A stretch of DNA of 31,850 nucleotides from an archaeon. GTDB taxonomy: Archaea; Iainarchaeota; Iainarchaeia; Iainarchaeales; JAAZKV01. Position 1 is the stretch's first letter, and the number at the start of each line of letters is the position of its first letter. The translations under genes were made by a program, and so were the position numbers. Of this stretch, positions 7,901-18,500 are shown piece after piece. The notes under the pieces were generated by a model, which made no database searches, had not been told where the DNA came from, and saw nothing but the letters and a program-made list of their open reading frames with translations. The DNA lies in the NCBI GenBank assembly GCA_036170245.1, contig JAVHOV010000029.1, positions 1 to 31,850 on the forward strand, written 5' to 3'.

Positions 7901-10900
7901 ATTAGCCAAAGCTGCTGAGGCTGAATTATTTAAAGTAGCTGATTCTGCTGCTTGTTGAACCGTCAAATCAGAATCCCCCACTACTCCAGATCCACTAGAC
8001 CCCTTAGAGCCACCACTTGAATCAGTCCCACTCTTCTTATCTTTTGTAGAGTTCTTTGGATCTGTCTTAAATCCAGTTCCAATCATTGAACCTACCATTG
8101 CACCTATCATTGTTCCTGTAAGTACTTTCATCCAGTCAGTGCTTGAGTTCTTTGTTCCCCAAACACATCCGTCTGCTTTTACTTTTACAGATTGTGTTAG
8201 CATATCATTAGTCAATATTACTGCATCTTCTGCACCGTTTCCTTGTAATAGTAATTCGTATTTGTTTAATTTGAATATTTTATTTTCTGGTTCAATAAAA
8301 GTTACTGGCATTTCTCCAATATAATTAAATCCTGTGCTTCCTCGTGTTCTTGCGTGAACCGTTACACCATAAGTTCCAGGAATACTTGGACCATACACTT
8401 CTATTTCTTCTGATTTGTTGTTAAGTGTGAAACTCTTTTTACTTAGAGTTATTTTTCCTTCTGCTCCGCCTGAGCACCCTGAATCATTTCTGCAAAGTAT
8501 TACATCAATCGTCTGTCCCAAGCACTTTGAAGTATCAATCTTTAATTTTGCTCGTTCATTAAATGCAGTTGAACCACCATCAGCAGTTATGCTCATGCAT
8601 TCTTTTAGGTTCACTACATTAGTTGTAAAGGTTACTGTTGAAGGATTACTCTTCACTGTCTGATTTTGGAATTTTGCTTCAAAACTTACTGGTAGTTGAA
8701 CTGATTTTCCAACTGAGTCTTCGTTTGGAGCATATGTGATTACCCCATACATTTTTGCTCCTGCAGGAACTGATTTTATAATTTCTCTTTTACTTCCATC
8801 AAGTGCAGTTCTTCCTGTACTTGTTCCGGTAGTAGAAGAAACACTTATTTGGGCTATTCCACTTAAGTCATTTACTGAAGTAACTGTCAAACTGTCAAGT
8901 GCAATATTTACATTTTCAGAGGCACATGCGTTAAGTAATTCAAAGTCAAATCTAACTTGTGCTTTTTCAGTTGTAAGAGAAGTTTTTCCAGTTGGTTTTA
9001 TTACCAAGCATTCAGTGTCAGGGTTAGCAGTTGTTGATACATTAATTGTAATTGGAATATCTAAATAGTAAAGCAATCTCAATTTAGGTTCTTCAAAAAT
9101 AACTTTTACAGCTCCCTTTATTGAAATTGGTTCTATCATTGTGTCTCCAGTTATCCCATTTGCAAGTTTTATTCTTAGTAAATCAATGTCAAGCGTGTCT
9201 TCTGCAGGAATTGTTTTTTCTTCACTGTTTAATTCATTAAAATATCCATTCATTGCATCTTCATTGATTACATCCTTGTATTTCGCATCAATTGTGACAC
9301 TTTTTATAACCAAATCTTCTTTTGTAAGATTTGCAAAAGTTACTTGTTGTATTATCTCTCTTTTAGTAAAAGTGTTTAATGTAACTGACAATTCTTCAGG
9401 AGTAACTGCAACAGTATTTTCTGAAACAGTTGTAGAAAATCTTTTTCTTGAATACCCTTCTTTGATTACTTCAATTATTACAGTTGACTTATTGAATAGC
9501 GCACCAGACTGAACTATTGCTCTTCCCATTCTGTCAGTTTTTGTTGAAGTTAGCAAGTATTCTTCAAATCCTGGTTCTTTCGCATAACTGTTTACTATTG
9601 CATCAGGCAAATAGTTTTGTTTCTCATCAAACACAGTTACTTCCATGTCAGTGTTAATCATTGCAGGAATAAACTGAGGAGAGATTGTTACTGCAAAATC
9701 TTTTTCCTTTACTATCTCAATATCCACTTCTTTTGTATAAATTATATTTCCGTCAGACTTGAGTTCAAACTTTATTATATCTGCCCCATATTTCAATCCT
9801 TCAATTTCAAGATTAATATCTATAACTGAATCTTTTTCAAATGTAGAAATTTCTAAGTTATCAACTTTTTGGATGGGAACATTGTTTGTTAAAGCTGAAA
9901 GTGAATCCCTTATTTTATAATTATTAATTCTAATTCGCTTTTCATCAGCAGAATCTCCTACAACACTCATGCTCAAATATATTTTCTTTTCAGTTCTTCC
10001 AAAATCTATTCCTGAATTGTTTACTAAAGCTACATGGTAGTTGTATTGACTTACCTGCTTCATTGAGTAAGGTGCTGAAACATATAGTTCTTCTTTTTGA
10101 GAGTAAAGCCATTCATTTGTTGCGCAAAATTCTCCTTCACATGTACTTTCAGCCCCAACAAAGTAAGTGTTTGTTTCATAAGTACTAGAGTAAAGTGTTT
10201 CATTGATGTCACTTGCAGGCTTTCTTGTTTTATCAAACTCTGCTCTATAATAGAATACTATTTCTTTGTTTGGTGTTGCAGTTCTTTTTATTGAGAACCA
10301 TACTTTTACTTCTCTTGTTGCTTTTCCTGCATCAATCCACCGTGCATTAATCCATTTTGCGAGTCCGTCAGTTAAATTATTTGAATCAAAAGCATATCCT
10401 TTAGTTGGATCATAAGTTGTTCCTCTTGTTTCTGTCTGCACTTCTGCTGCACTAACACTATCAATTGCAATTATGTCATTTTCAAGCATTGATTCTTTTC
10501 CTGCTCTAAAATGCATTAACATTGAATCATATTCAGCATCGCTTTCAATAAATAATTTAGCATAATATTTCTTTCCTGCAGCCATTGTGTTAACCGCAAC
10601 ATCATTTTCATTGTAGATTTTGTCAAATTTTATGCTTGGTTCAGATATTTGTTTCTTTAGAGTAATATCAAAAGTATAAGTTTTGTTCGGCCAAAGCATT
10701 ACTGTTGAAGTGTAATAATCTTCATAAGTTTCTGATTTTGCAAGCACATAAACTGTTTGTCCTGCTTTTATTTCTTTTGTTGTACTTCCCCCTTCAACAC
10801 TAATTAATCCAGCAAGTCCATGGCTATCACTCATTTTTCCATCAGTAGTAAGTATTTCTGCTGTCCCATCAATTTTTTCGCCAAGTTCATCAAATAAATT

Positions 10901-12451
10901 TACTTTGATGATTGAGGAACCTACTTCAATTTCTATAGTAAAGTCAGTTTCAGCGTCAATAGAAACTGTTTTAGCTGTTGAAGAACCATAGAACGGAGCT
11001 TTGATTGCATAAGCATAAACTGAACCGGTTACTTTTCCTGCTAAAAAAGTTGCTTTTCCGTTTACATCAGTAAGAACATAATTTTTTTCCTGCATTAAAT
11101 CTACTATCCCGTCAGTGTCTTTGTGTTTGAGCATTATTTTTGCATTTACTACAGGGATTCCATCCTGGTCTTTTACTAGTACATTTACTCTGCCTAAATT
11201 GCTTGCAGTTATTTTTTCAAGTTCTAAAGTAAGATTTGCATCGCCGCTTACAGTCATTGTTGCAGTTGATGAGAAATATCCCCCATTAATGTCACCCAGC
11301 TTTTTAGCAGTAAATGAATAATCTCCAACATCAGTAAATGAAAATACAGCCACTCCATCAGAATCAGTAGTAGTTGAATCAATTTCTCTGCCTTGAGAAT
11401 TTGTTACATTAACTATTGCACCAGCTATTTTTCTGTTTGTGCTTTCATCAAGAACATTAAGAGTTATTTTTGCTTTGATTGCTTTTGTTACGGCAAGTAC
11501 AAGTTCAGTGTCTTTTGTTACATCAACATTTTTTGACACAATTCCATAATTTCCACTTGAATCAGTTACTGTTACAAGGTATGACACAGGTGTAACAGAA
11601 ATAGTTGTTTCGCTTGCTCCTGAAGTTGTTGAATCATAAGAATTTTCTCCGCTTACTTTAACTCTAAAATTTGTGGAATTAACTGTAAATCCATCTTCTC
11701 TTACTTTTACAGTTAATTTAACTGCACTTACTTCTGGTTTTTCCAAAAACAAATCATAAATCAAAGAATTAACATAATATGATTTTGCAATAAATTTTGA
11801 ATCATTTACACTAGCTTTCAATATACATCCAACTGGCTCCGTAACTTGTATTTCTTCTCCACTTGTTGTTGCACTCAAGGGAGTAGGAGAAACTTTATCA
11901 GATCCTTCACATGAGAAATTTACTGTAACAGCATTAGTAAGTGCAGTGCCGGTTGCAGTTCTTACAAATATTTTTTTTGTAACAGGAGATAATTTTACTG
12001 GAGGTGCGTTTAATTTTATTCTTTCTTCAACCACATCATTTACTAAAAAGCTTCCTAAAAAAGTTCCTTTACTTAAATTAATATCAAAAACAATTTCGCT
12101 TCCCGCTTTTATTTGAGAAAAAGTTACTTCTCCAGCGGTGTCAGTTCTTCCAGATAATTCTTTTACAAAAGAATTATTTTCCATTAATTTTGCAGTAATT
12201 AAAGTATCATAAACCGGTTTTCCATCATTTGACACCAGAGTAAATTTTGCATCAAACACTTGGTTTGAACTTAGTAAGAAGAATGCTCCAAAAGCAACTA
12301 ATAGAAGAAGAACAATTAAAAATAAAATAAAACTTGGAATTACTGTGTCAATTGGATCAACTATTTTATAGATTGGAATGTGAGCATCTATTTTGTCAAG
12401 CACAGCATACCATTTCTCTTCAAGAGAATAATAAAAATCTTTTACACCCAT
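4991..12451 (-). CDS. Giant N-terminally anchored surface protein A (2486 aa) with carboxypeptidase-regulatory-like/Ig-like beta-sandwich domains and an internal glycine-zipper pair
   Basis: Uninterrupted ORF. N-terminal amphipathic helix plus one TM (PSFILFLIVLLLLVAFGAFFLL). Repeated 'V.D..G.PV..A.V...TD..G.A.F' prealbumin-like units, many NxS/T sequons and paired Cys; no C-terminal anchor. Confidence 0.9.
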   Translation of the reverse strand: MGVKDFYYSLEEKWYAVLDKIDAHIPIYKIVDPIDTVIPSFILFLIVLLLLVAFGAFFLLSSNQVFDAKFTLVSNDGKPVYDTLITAKLMENNSFVKELSGRTDTAGEVTFSQIKAGSEIVFDINLSKGTFLGSFLVNDVVEERIKLNAPPVKLSPVTKKIFVRTATGTALTNAVTVNFSCEGSDKVSPTPLSATTSGEEIQVTEPVGCILKASVNDSKFIAKSYYVNSLIYDLFLEKPEVSAVKLTVKVREDGFTVNSTNFRVKVSGENSYDSTTSGASETTISVTPVSYLVTVTDSSGNYGIVSKNVDVTKDTELVLAVTKAIKAKITLNVLDESTNRKIAGAIVNVTNSQGREIDSTTTDSDGVAVFSFTDVGDYSFTAKKLGDINGGYFSSTATMTVSGDANLTLELEKITASNLGRVNVLVKDQDGIPVVNAKIMLKHKDTDGIVDLMQEKNYVLTDVNGKATFLAGKVTGSVYAYAIKAPFYGSSTAKTVSIDAETDFTIEIEVGSSIIKVNLFDELGEKIDGTAEILTTDGKMSDSHGLAGLISVEGGSTTKEIKAGQTVYVLAKSETYEDYYTSTVMLWPNKTYTFDITLKKQISEPSIKFDKIYNENDVAVNTMAAGKKYYAKLFIESDAEYDSMLMHFRAGKESMLENDIIAIDSVSAAEVQTETRGTTYDPTKGYAFDSNNLTDGLAKWINARWIDAGKATREVKVWFSIKRTATPNKEIVFYYRAEFDKTRKPASDINETLYSSTYETNTYFVGAESTCEGEFCATNEWLYSQKEELYVSAPYSMKQVSQYNYHVALVNNSGIDFGRTEKKIYLSMSVVGDSADEKRIRINNYKIRDSLSALTNNVPIQKVDNLEISTFEKDSVIDINLEIEGLKYGADIIKFELKSDGNIIYTKEVDIEIVKEKDFAVTISPQFIPAMINTDMEVTVFDEKQNYLPDAIVNSYAKEPGFEEYLLTSTKTDRMGRAIVQSGALFNKSTVIIEVIKEGYSRKRFSTTVSENTVAVTPEELSVTLNTFTKREIIQQVTFANLTKEDLVIKSVTIDAKYKDVINEDAMNGYFNELNSEEKTIPAEDTLDIDLLRIKLANGITGDTMIEPISIKGAVKVIFEEPKLRLLYYLDIPITINVSTTANPDTECLVIKPTGKTSLTTEKAQVRFDFELLNACASENVNIALDSLTVTSVNDLSGIAQISVSSTTGTSTGRTALDGSKREIIKSVPAGAKMYGVITYAPNEDSVGKSVQLPVSFEAKFQNQTVKSNPSTVTFTTNVVNLKECMSITADGGSTAFNERAKLKIDTSKCLGQTIDVILCRNDSGCSGGAEGKITLSKKSFTLNNKSEEIEVYGPSIPGTYGVTVHARTRGSTGFNYIGEMPVTFIEPENKIFKLNKYELLLQGNGAEDAVILTNDMLTQSVKVKADGCVWGTKNSSTDWMKVLTGTMIGAMVGSMIGTGFKTDPKNSTKDKKSGTDSSGGSKGSSGSGVVGDSDLTVQQAAESATLNNSASAALANTEGGGVYNIENGVTTRTYSGDFSVDGRDYTVMKTDISNSVTGNVASSATQYTLYDNATGQSFTGSSMNSVTNQMASYQSTTGAWVSSIWVGQVANYVNPFTDNTWSAPKAGVWQQAPIKETDPKAEAAHFAIWAGHEQGWFALAGAVIGGLLAYMTQDVPCDDPKNDQTVSYTDFVINLEGGTTNVTSPSGTNVDQEIPSDAGDLIFSLDTITPEWDFTDAYYSGSETVAIRFTNSGLDDPLPKYGTLVVNSKKHTHGYDPMAVSNGTSSGSSASYDVLCKKNTFGNYWIGSGTDEGLCSGVSESSYSQKYHIRIISSDPKGEDAYVRKYSSCYMGSLTGSTGEDALPRIKLSWDWDAIGADACDYTNPNYIYCDGSQFMIALTKKLANLDEFLAQNGGQFGCPPSPVQDEIQASIDQVNSQSNTITEGFIGISDVQIALNPNTNQATAALKIKNLSGVSQLTYISYSWKGEGEPSTGMQEFTAPIGETTLTLGPVDVEKYDGIYYFTAVVNGEKGDRIPISRAFVNKDSNGACWVEQSTQRTGGVPNLIYYIDGKQSVSYTGAISDSTELYNNIDFAVYLTRDAFTEDFFSDFKEFYRQQFLQKVNINATQSKIVDYLTSKNFKITKRFTGDNAIEPGLYEVYVNIKSPDAFRVIDENNTRIEIQLLLVKSPSVDSPFYRMPFDGMLGDKSNGRQGYGLAYKNIDADAGGIQISNDGFFVNTFDSALSNGVTAVETTTKSTFEEVNVAPGTRGQIASASVSNNTATLKLAPTFVTPVIGKVTIEANEGKMAYSLNTEKKAIITGGNIAYWTGAAKSKNFYGGNAIDSYQDSPDYRISKLGDNVYGFEFNDISRQGTMLIKTLFFVPADSSSYILNAEDNSTNFWSANSEFTKTIQLGGISEMTYNDQLGNSKISSIQNLFDAVKEGKVCVSSDGSSTSFWWNPAVIETVSGSTTSMSDKELSLIGSVN

Positions 12452-12501
12452 TTAAATCATTTATCCGTATTTGATTTTCTATAAGAATAACACTTCAAAA
12501 A

Positions 12502-12520
12502 TATTTAAACGTTTGTAAGC
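12502..12520 (-). promoter_or_regulatory. Putative promoter of giant protein A: GCTTACAAA motif plus TTTAAATA box
   Basis: Minus strand GCTTACAAACG-TTTAAATA about 51-69 nt upstream of the ATG at 12451. The same GCTTACAAA occurs at similar spacing upstream of giant protein C. Confidence 0.5.
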
Positions 12521-12550
12521 CATTTTCAAACAGCTAAAAACTATTTCAAT

Positions 12551-15500
12551 TTATCTGCTAGGAATGCAAGTATTTTCTTTTGCATCAATTGTTGCTTTCA
12601 ATTCTTGGCTTAATCCTGTATTATTCCAATAATAATCTCCGCCAACTACACATACTTTCTCTTGTTTTACTAAATCTAAAACATCAGATAGAGTTTCTAT
12701 CTTGTCAGTTACATTAGTTGAATTAACTGAGAGTACTGTTCCGTTACCCATTGTACTTTCAAAGTTAGCTGATTCGTTTGCTCCAGTTAACTTGAATACA
12801 ATTGAAGCATCCTGTGGAGCAAAGAATGTTCCATAGAATGATGCTGTTCCTGCTCTTTGAGCCATAGTCCATGCTGGGAGTCCGTATCCAGTAAATCCTG
12901 TTACAGATCCGCTTGCAAATGTATCATAAGTGTTAGAGTAAGAACTCATTGATCTTCCTTCAAAGTCGACACAGCCCTGCCCGATTCCTGTCCAAGAAAT
13001 GAAGCTTCCACCTGTATTTTCAGGTTGTCCATTTACTTCTGCTGAGTAGAATGCGTAAGCATCAGTGCTTGTGTTTCGTGTAACATTCATTATAATTGGT
13101 ATTGCAATACTTGGAGTTAGAACGAATTGTACAACATCGTCTCCAGAAATGCTTAATACATTTCCTCTTGTTGGAACAGTGTTAAGTAAATCAAATGCAG
13201 CAACACCTTTGATTGTTGATACTTGTACAGTTGTTGCAGCGTTGTTTGAAGCATTTGGTCTTGCGTATACTTTTGTTCCGCCATTATTTGTAACTAAGAA
13301 TAAATCTTCAGTCAATTGTTCATATCCTGCACCGTATCCTTGTCTTCCATTGTCAGAATCAAGTCCTACAACTCCATTGAACGCAACATTGTATATTGCA
13401 AAATTAGGTTCAGGCGGACCTTGTGGTGACAAGTTTACAACAATACTTTCAATATTGTTATTGTCCCATCTCCAGTTCTCGTTCTTGAATGTAATTGTAA
13501 TAGTTGCATCGTACTTTCCAGCATCCCATGCAGCAGGACTATTTGGCCACTTAACAGTAAATTTATCGCTTAGTAGTAAGTCTCTGAATCCTCCAGTGTT
13601 GTATTCAACAGGAGCAGAAGTAACTCTATTTAGGAATTCATCAAAGTCTGCTTTGAAATCATTACTGAATCCATCTCTTAGTAAGTTAGCTTTGAATGAA
13701 ATGTACTTGAGAACTTTGTCCCCGCCAGCAGTACTCAATTGGTTGTTTGCTGCTAGAACTTTTTCGAAGTAATCTTTTGAAGTTGCGTACTTCAAGCACT
13801 GTGAAGCCCCAGTAGAGCCGATTATTACAGTTGTTCTAATAGTATCATTTCCAGTACTTCTGTTTCCGCATCCACTGCATAAAGCAGGAGTCATTATTAA
13901 GTCAACATTAAATGAGCCTTCACCAGTAATTGATTTATTCAAAGTACAACTAAATTCAGTACTGCTCTTAAAAGTATTAGTCTGGTCTGGGCAAACTCCA
14001 GAGATTTCATTTCCATCACTCTTCTTTACAGCGTATTTCATTGTTGCACTCATTTCAAGATTGTTGTTTGTCTGAACTGCAGCAGTGATTGTTGCGCCAT
14101 CGCTTAGAGATTTAACAGTAACACTAGTAATTCCAACATCCAAATCATTTGAAGCCAAGTCTTGTGTCTTTGTTCCTGCAATTTCTGCACTTGTTGGACA
14201 AGCATTTAGTGAAGTTGAATTAAAGAATTCCTTCATGTCCATCATTCTCTTTAATAGCATTATTGAGAATTGTGTAGAATCACAGTAATTGTAATTGTCA
14301 GGGTTAGAGTCAGAGTCACATTCATTGATTCCAATATCATTCCAGTTCCAAGCAAGTTTCATTTTTGGAACTCCTTCTGCTCCAGTATATCCATTCTTTC
14401 CGTCAATGTCACAATTAGAAATTGCTTTTGCTGTGCATGGGTAAGTTGTTGGACCGCAGTCAACGTATTCGTAAGAATCAAATAATAAGTGGAATGATTT
14501 AGAGTAAGCTCTAATGTCTGTTGTAGTTAAATCATCAGCAGTCATTGTAGCAGTCTTTTCTCTTACTAGTCCCGGCCCACCAATGTAATTTAGAATAGTT
14601 CCAAATATTCCGCTTCTCTTTATCTTCAAATTATCTCCTCTGTTCTGTGCACTTGTTTTAACAGAGTCATAATTATAATCAGTATCATAAATTGCTTCTT
14701 GTCCGTCAACCTTCAATACTCCAACAAATGGCTGGTTTGGACTTTGGTTGACTTTCTTTCCTGTATTAGTAAATTCAAGTTCCATTTCTTCTTCAAGTCC
14801 GATAGTTGCATTCAATGCCTGTGGATTGTACAAAACAGTTCCTGCATAAGATGAATCAAGTGAAGCAATTGAACTTACTGAACTAGTGCTACTGCTTGTA
14901 GTTGAAGAAACTCCAGAGCAGCTAGAATAATTATAAATTTTTTGATTCGCATCAAATGTGTTAACAGTAATTCCATCAGAATTCTTAAAATCAAATCCAG
15001 TTATAATAACTTTTGGAACATTGAAAGTATCAGAGAAATCAATTGTAGTATCTTTGGCCTGCATTAATGAAACAAGAGCTGCAATAGCTGCTCCGCCAAG
15101 GGCACTTCCGCCAAACATTCCAACAACTGCGCTAGTTGCAGTGCTGAATAAACCCTGACCCATTACATCTTGTATACTTGTATTAGTGCTAGTTCCATTT
15201 GTTGTAGCAGTTGTAGATGTAGCTGCAGTGCTTGTAGTTAAAAGGAAGTTACCAGTTACACTTGAAGGACATGAATTATCAGCAGGTATCTTTAGAACAG
15301 TTCCTGCAGCAATCGCAGTTCCAGTTAAACCATTTAATTCTCTAATATCAGCAGGAGAAACTCCGCACTTTATTGCAACAGTGTAAAGGTCTTCACCAGC
15401 TTTAACAGTGTAAGTTGTAGCACTACTCTGAGCAGCAGTGTTTGAAGCAGAAACTAAACTAGCATTGTTATAACTTTCAAGCATAGCTTGTCCCTCTGCA

Positions 15501-18500
15501 GAATTGCTTGTGAATCCAAGTACTCTTCCGCTAGAATTCTTAACAGAAAATAAAGTCAAATCATTGCAGATTAATTTAGCTACTCCTTTATCCTTAGTCA
15601 TAACACAGTAGCCTTTTGCTTTAACAAGTTCATCTTTGCTTTCGAATAATGCTTTTATGCTTTCGCCTGCACTAGAACTGCAGTCAACAGCTCCATTAGG
15701 CTTCACTAGTGCAAGATTTGCTCCATCACCAATTATGTTGAAAGTGCAGTAATAGTTAGTGAATTCATCATTTGCAAATTCTGCGACAGTAACATACATT
15801 CTTTTTCTATTAACATCATTTGTACCGTTATATTTCTTTCCGTCTGAAGCATAATAACCAACAAATGAACTACTCATCGGATCAACTATTGCAGTATTAG
15901 CTGAAGGAGGGGTGATTTGGTCAGTAAGAACTTCAAGTTCAGATGCAGCAGCAGCTTCTTCTTGGTTCTGTTTCTCTTCATCATATGCTTTTAAATCAGA
16001 AGCTTCTTTTTGAGCCTCTTTAGTAACTTCATCAGTACAACAATAGTACTTTGAATTCAATCCTTCAACTTTAATATTGAATAATCCAAATTCATTGCAA
16101 GGAGCTTCCATTAAATTCTGTGCGAAAGGCTTTGTCAAGCACATTGAAGTTGGACTCTCTTTTGAGAAACAGCAGTATCCTTTTGAAGGATCTGATTCTT
16201 CTGAGAAGAAACTGCTGTAAACTCCAGGACATTCAGTAGCACTGTACTTTATTACATCCTCGCCTTTTTTAGTTGCAGAATATTCTTCATTACATATTTC
16301 AGTATATCTGTCATTTTCATTTACAGTAATTCCTTTCTCTTTTAGGCAAGTAGTGCATGTGTTTGCAGCTTTTCCTAAATCTCCTTTTAACTTCTTAATA
16401 TCAGCATCAACTTTTGAAACTACTTTGTCAGTCCCTGCATTGAATTCTTTCATTAAATCAGTTCTGCTTAATGCATCATCCATACTTTCATTAGCTATTT
16501 TATCAGCACTTATCTGGAATTCAAACAGCGATTGCTCAGCACCTGCTTGGCCTGCATTAATTTTAGTTAGTATCTCAGCTGCCTTAGTATCAACTTGGGC
16601 AGACTTTTCCTGCTGAGTTTTTTGTATGTCTTTTACAACAGTATCTAGTTTCTTTTGAAGAGGAGCAATTTCACCGCTTGCGGCTTCTTTTTGCTTTGCT
16701 GCTTCAGCCTTTAATGCATCTAATCTATCAATATAATCTCTGTCACACTGAGTTGGTTCTCCTCTTGAAGCCTGGTCTATTTCAGCTTTTGCTTTAACAT
16801 CATCAACAGTCTTAATGAAAGAATCATATTCATTCATTTTCTTATCAAGTTTGCCAGAAGCTTGATCTTTTATGCCTTCAACTTTCTTTGCTGAAGCCAA
16901 TGCCTGATCTGCTAGTTTCTTTTGAATTTCAGATTTAGTATTGCTTGCTTTTTCACCGTTATTCTTTGAATCATCACTCCATAAATTACTAATCCAGTCA
17001 GGGAATATTTTTCCACTTCTTACTCCGCCTGAGATTCCACCTATTAATGCAGCAGTTAAAATGCTCTGCCAGTTATCAAATGGAACTATTCCTGTTACGT
17101 GTGCAGAAACTGATTTCTCAACACAATCATTCTTTAGGTATCCTCTGTCTACTCCATCAAAGTTATTGAACTGTGAATCATAAACATCATATTCGTATCT
17201 TGTCAAACTAAAGCAGCTGTTCACTGGTTCTACTATTACTTTTACATTGTCAAGTAATTCTAAAGAGCTTCCTGGTTGTCTTGCATAAACTAAAATGTTA
17301 TAAGCTCCAGGCATTTGTCCCACTTGGGCATTTATTGTAACTTCTTTTGTTTCGCCTGCTTTGAGTGCGAATGTTTTGTCGCTTACTGCTGCTTGCATAT
17401 CTCCTAAGTCTAATTGTATATCGCTAGCAAATTTGCATGAACTTATTATTGAGAATGTTCCGCTTTCTCCTTCCTTAATATCTACAAGTCCAGTTCCAAG
17501 TGACATACAGTCTTGTAAGTTTTCGTAATCAATAGTAAATTTAACTTCTGTAGTTATTTTTTGTGGAGCTGAATCAGTATTGTTTTGTGCTTCCATTACA
17601 ATTGATCCTGTTGCTGTTCCGCTTGAGCCTGCTAGTGGAACAAATCTTAGTGTGATTGGAATCTTTTCCCCTGCAGCCACAGTTGGCTTTAGCACTCTTG
17701 AGTATGCTGAACCTATTTCCACTTGTGCAGTTTTGTAAATTGCAGTAAAGTCTCCTGCAATACTTCCTGTTGAGTTAAGAGTTAATCCTAAGTTCTTTAA
17801 CTGTACTGGCTTTGAATCAACTGTACAATTGTTCTTTAATTCTACTCCAAGTTCTATCATGTTTCCTCTTGTTTGTGCAGCCCAAGTCCCTGGAGTTATT
17901 TGTAAGCATGACTGATTATCAACATCTTTTCCTAAACCTACTCTGATTTTTGCATTTACTTCCTGTACCCAGCTCTTTCCTTCTGAAGTTAGAGTTACTT
18001 GGAATACTCCATCAAGGTCAGTTGCACTAGGAACATAATCAGAAGATATTACTTTGAAATCAAATTCTTCAAAGTCTTGTGCAGCAATAGTCTTTCCAAT
18101 GTACTGGTCAAACCATGATTCCATCTTTGATTCGCTTAGTGCGCCTTTTAATTTTCCAGTAAGTTTAATTGACTTAATTTTTAAATCAAGGCCAGTGCTG
18201 TTTGTAAGTTTTACAGTTTGTATTTCTTCTTTCTTAGATTGTGGGTTTACAGTGTAATTTAGTTCAGTTGGTTCTATTGTTACTACATCTTCAGCAACAC
18301 CAAATTCAGTTATGAATGTTTCAAATTCTGATTTTTCAACTTTAAGAGTTAATTTTTCTCCAGGGAATGATGCAGGTATATCAATTGAAGCAACACCCAA
18401 AGCATTAGTAGTTGTAGAAAATATTTTTGTTCCGAATCTGTCAAATACTTTTACTAAAGCGTCACTTACTTCCAAGTTACTTACAGCATTTCTTGCTTTG

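Noticed and set aside
14630..14645. RGD tripeptide (AQNRGDN) in protein B
   Set aside because: A single tripeptide is expected by chance in about 7,900 aa and is not evident at the equivalent position of the paralogs.
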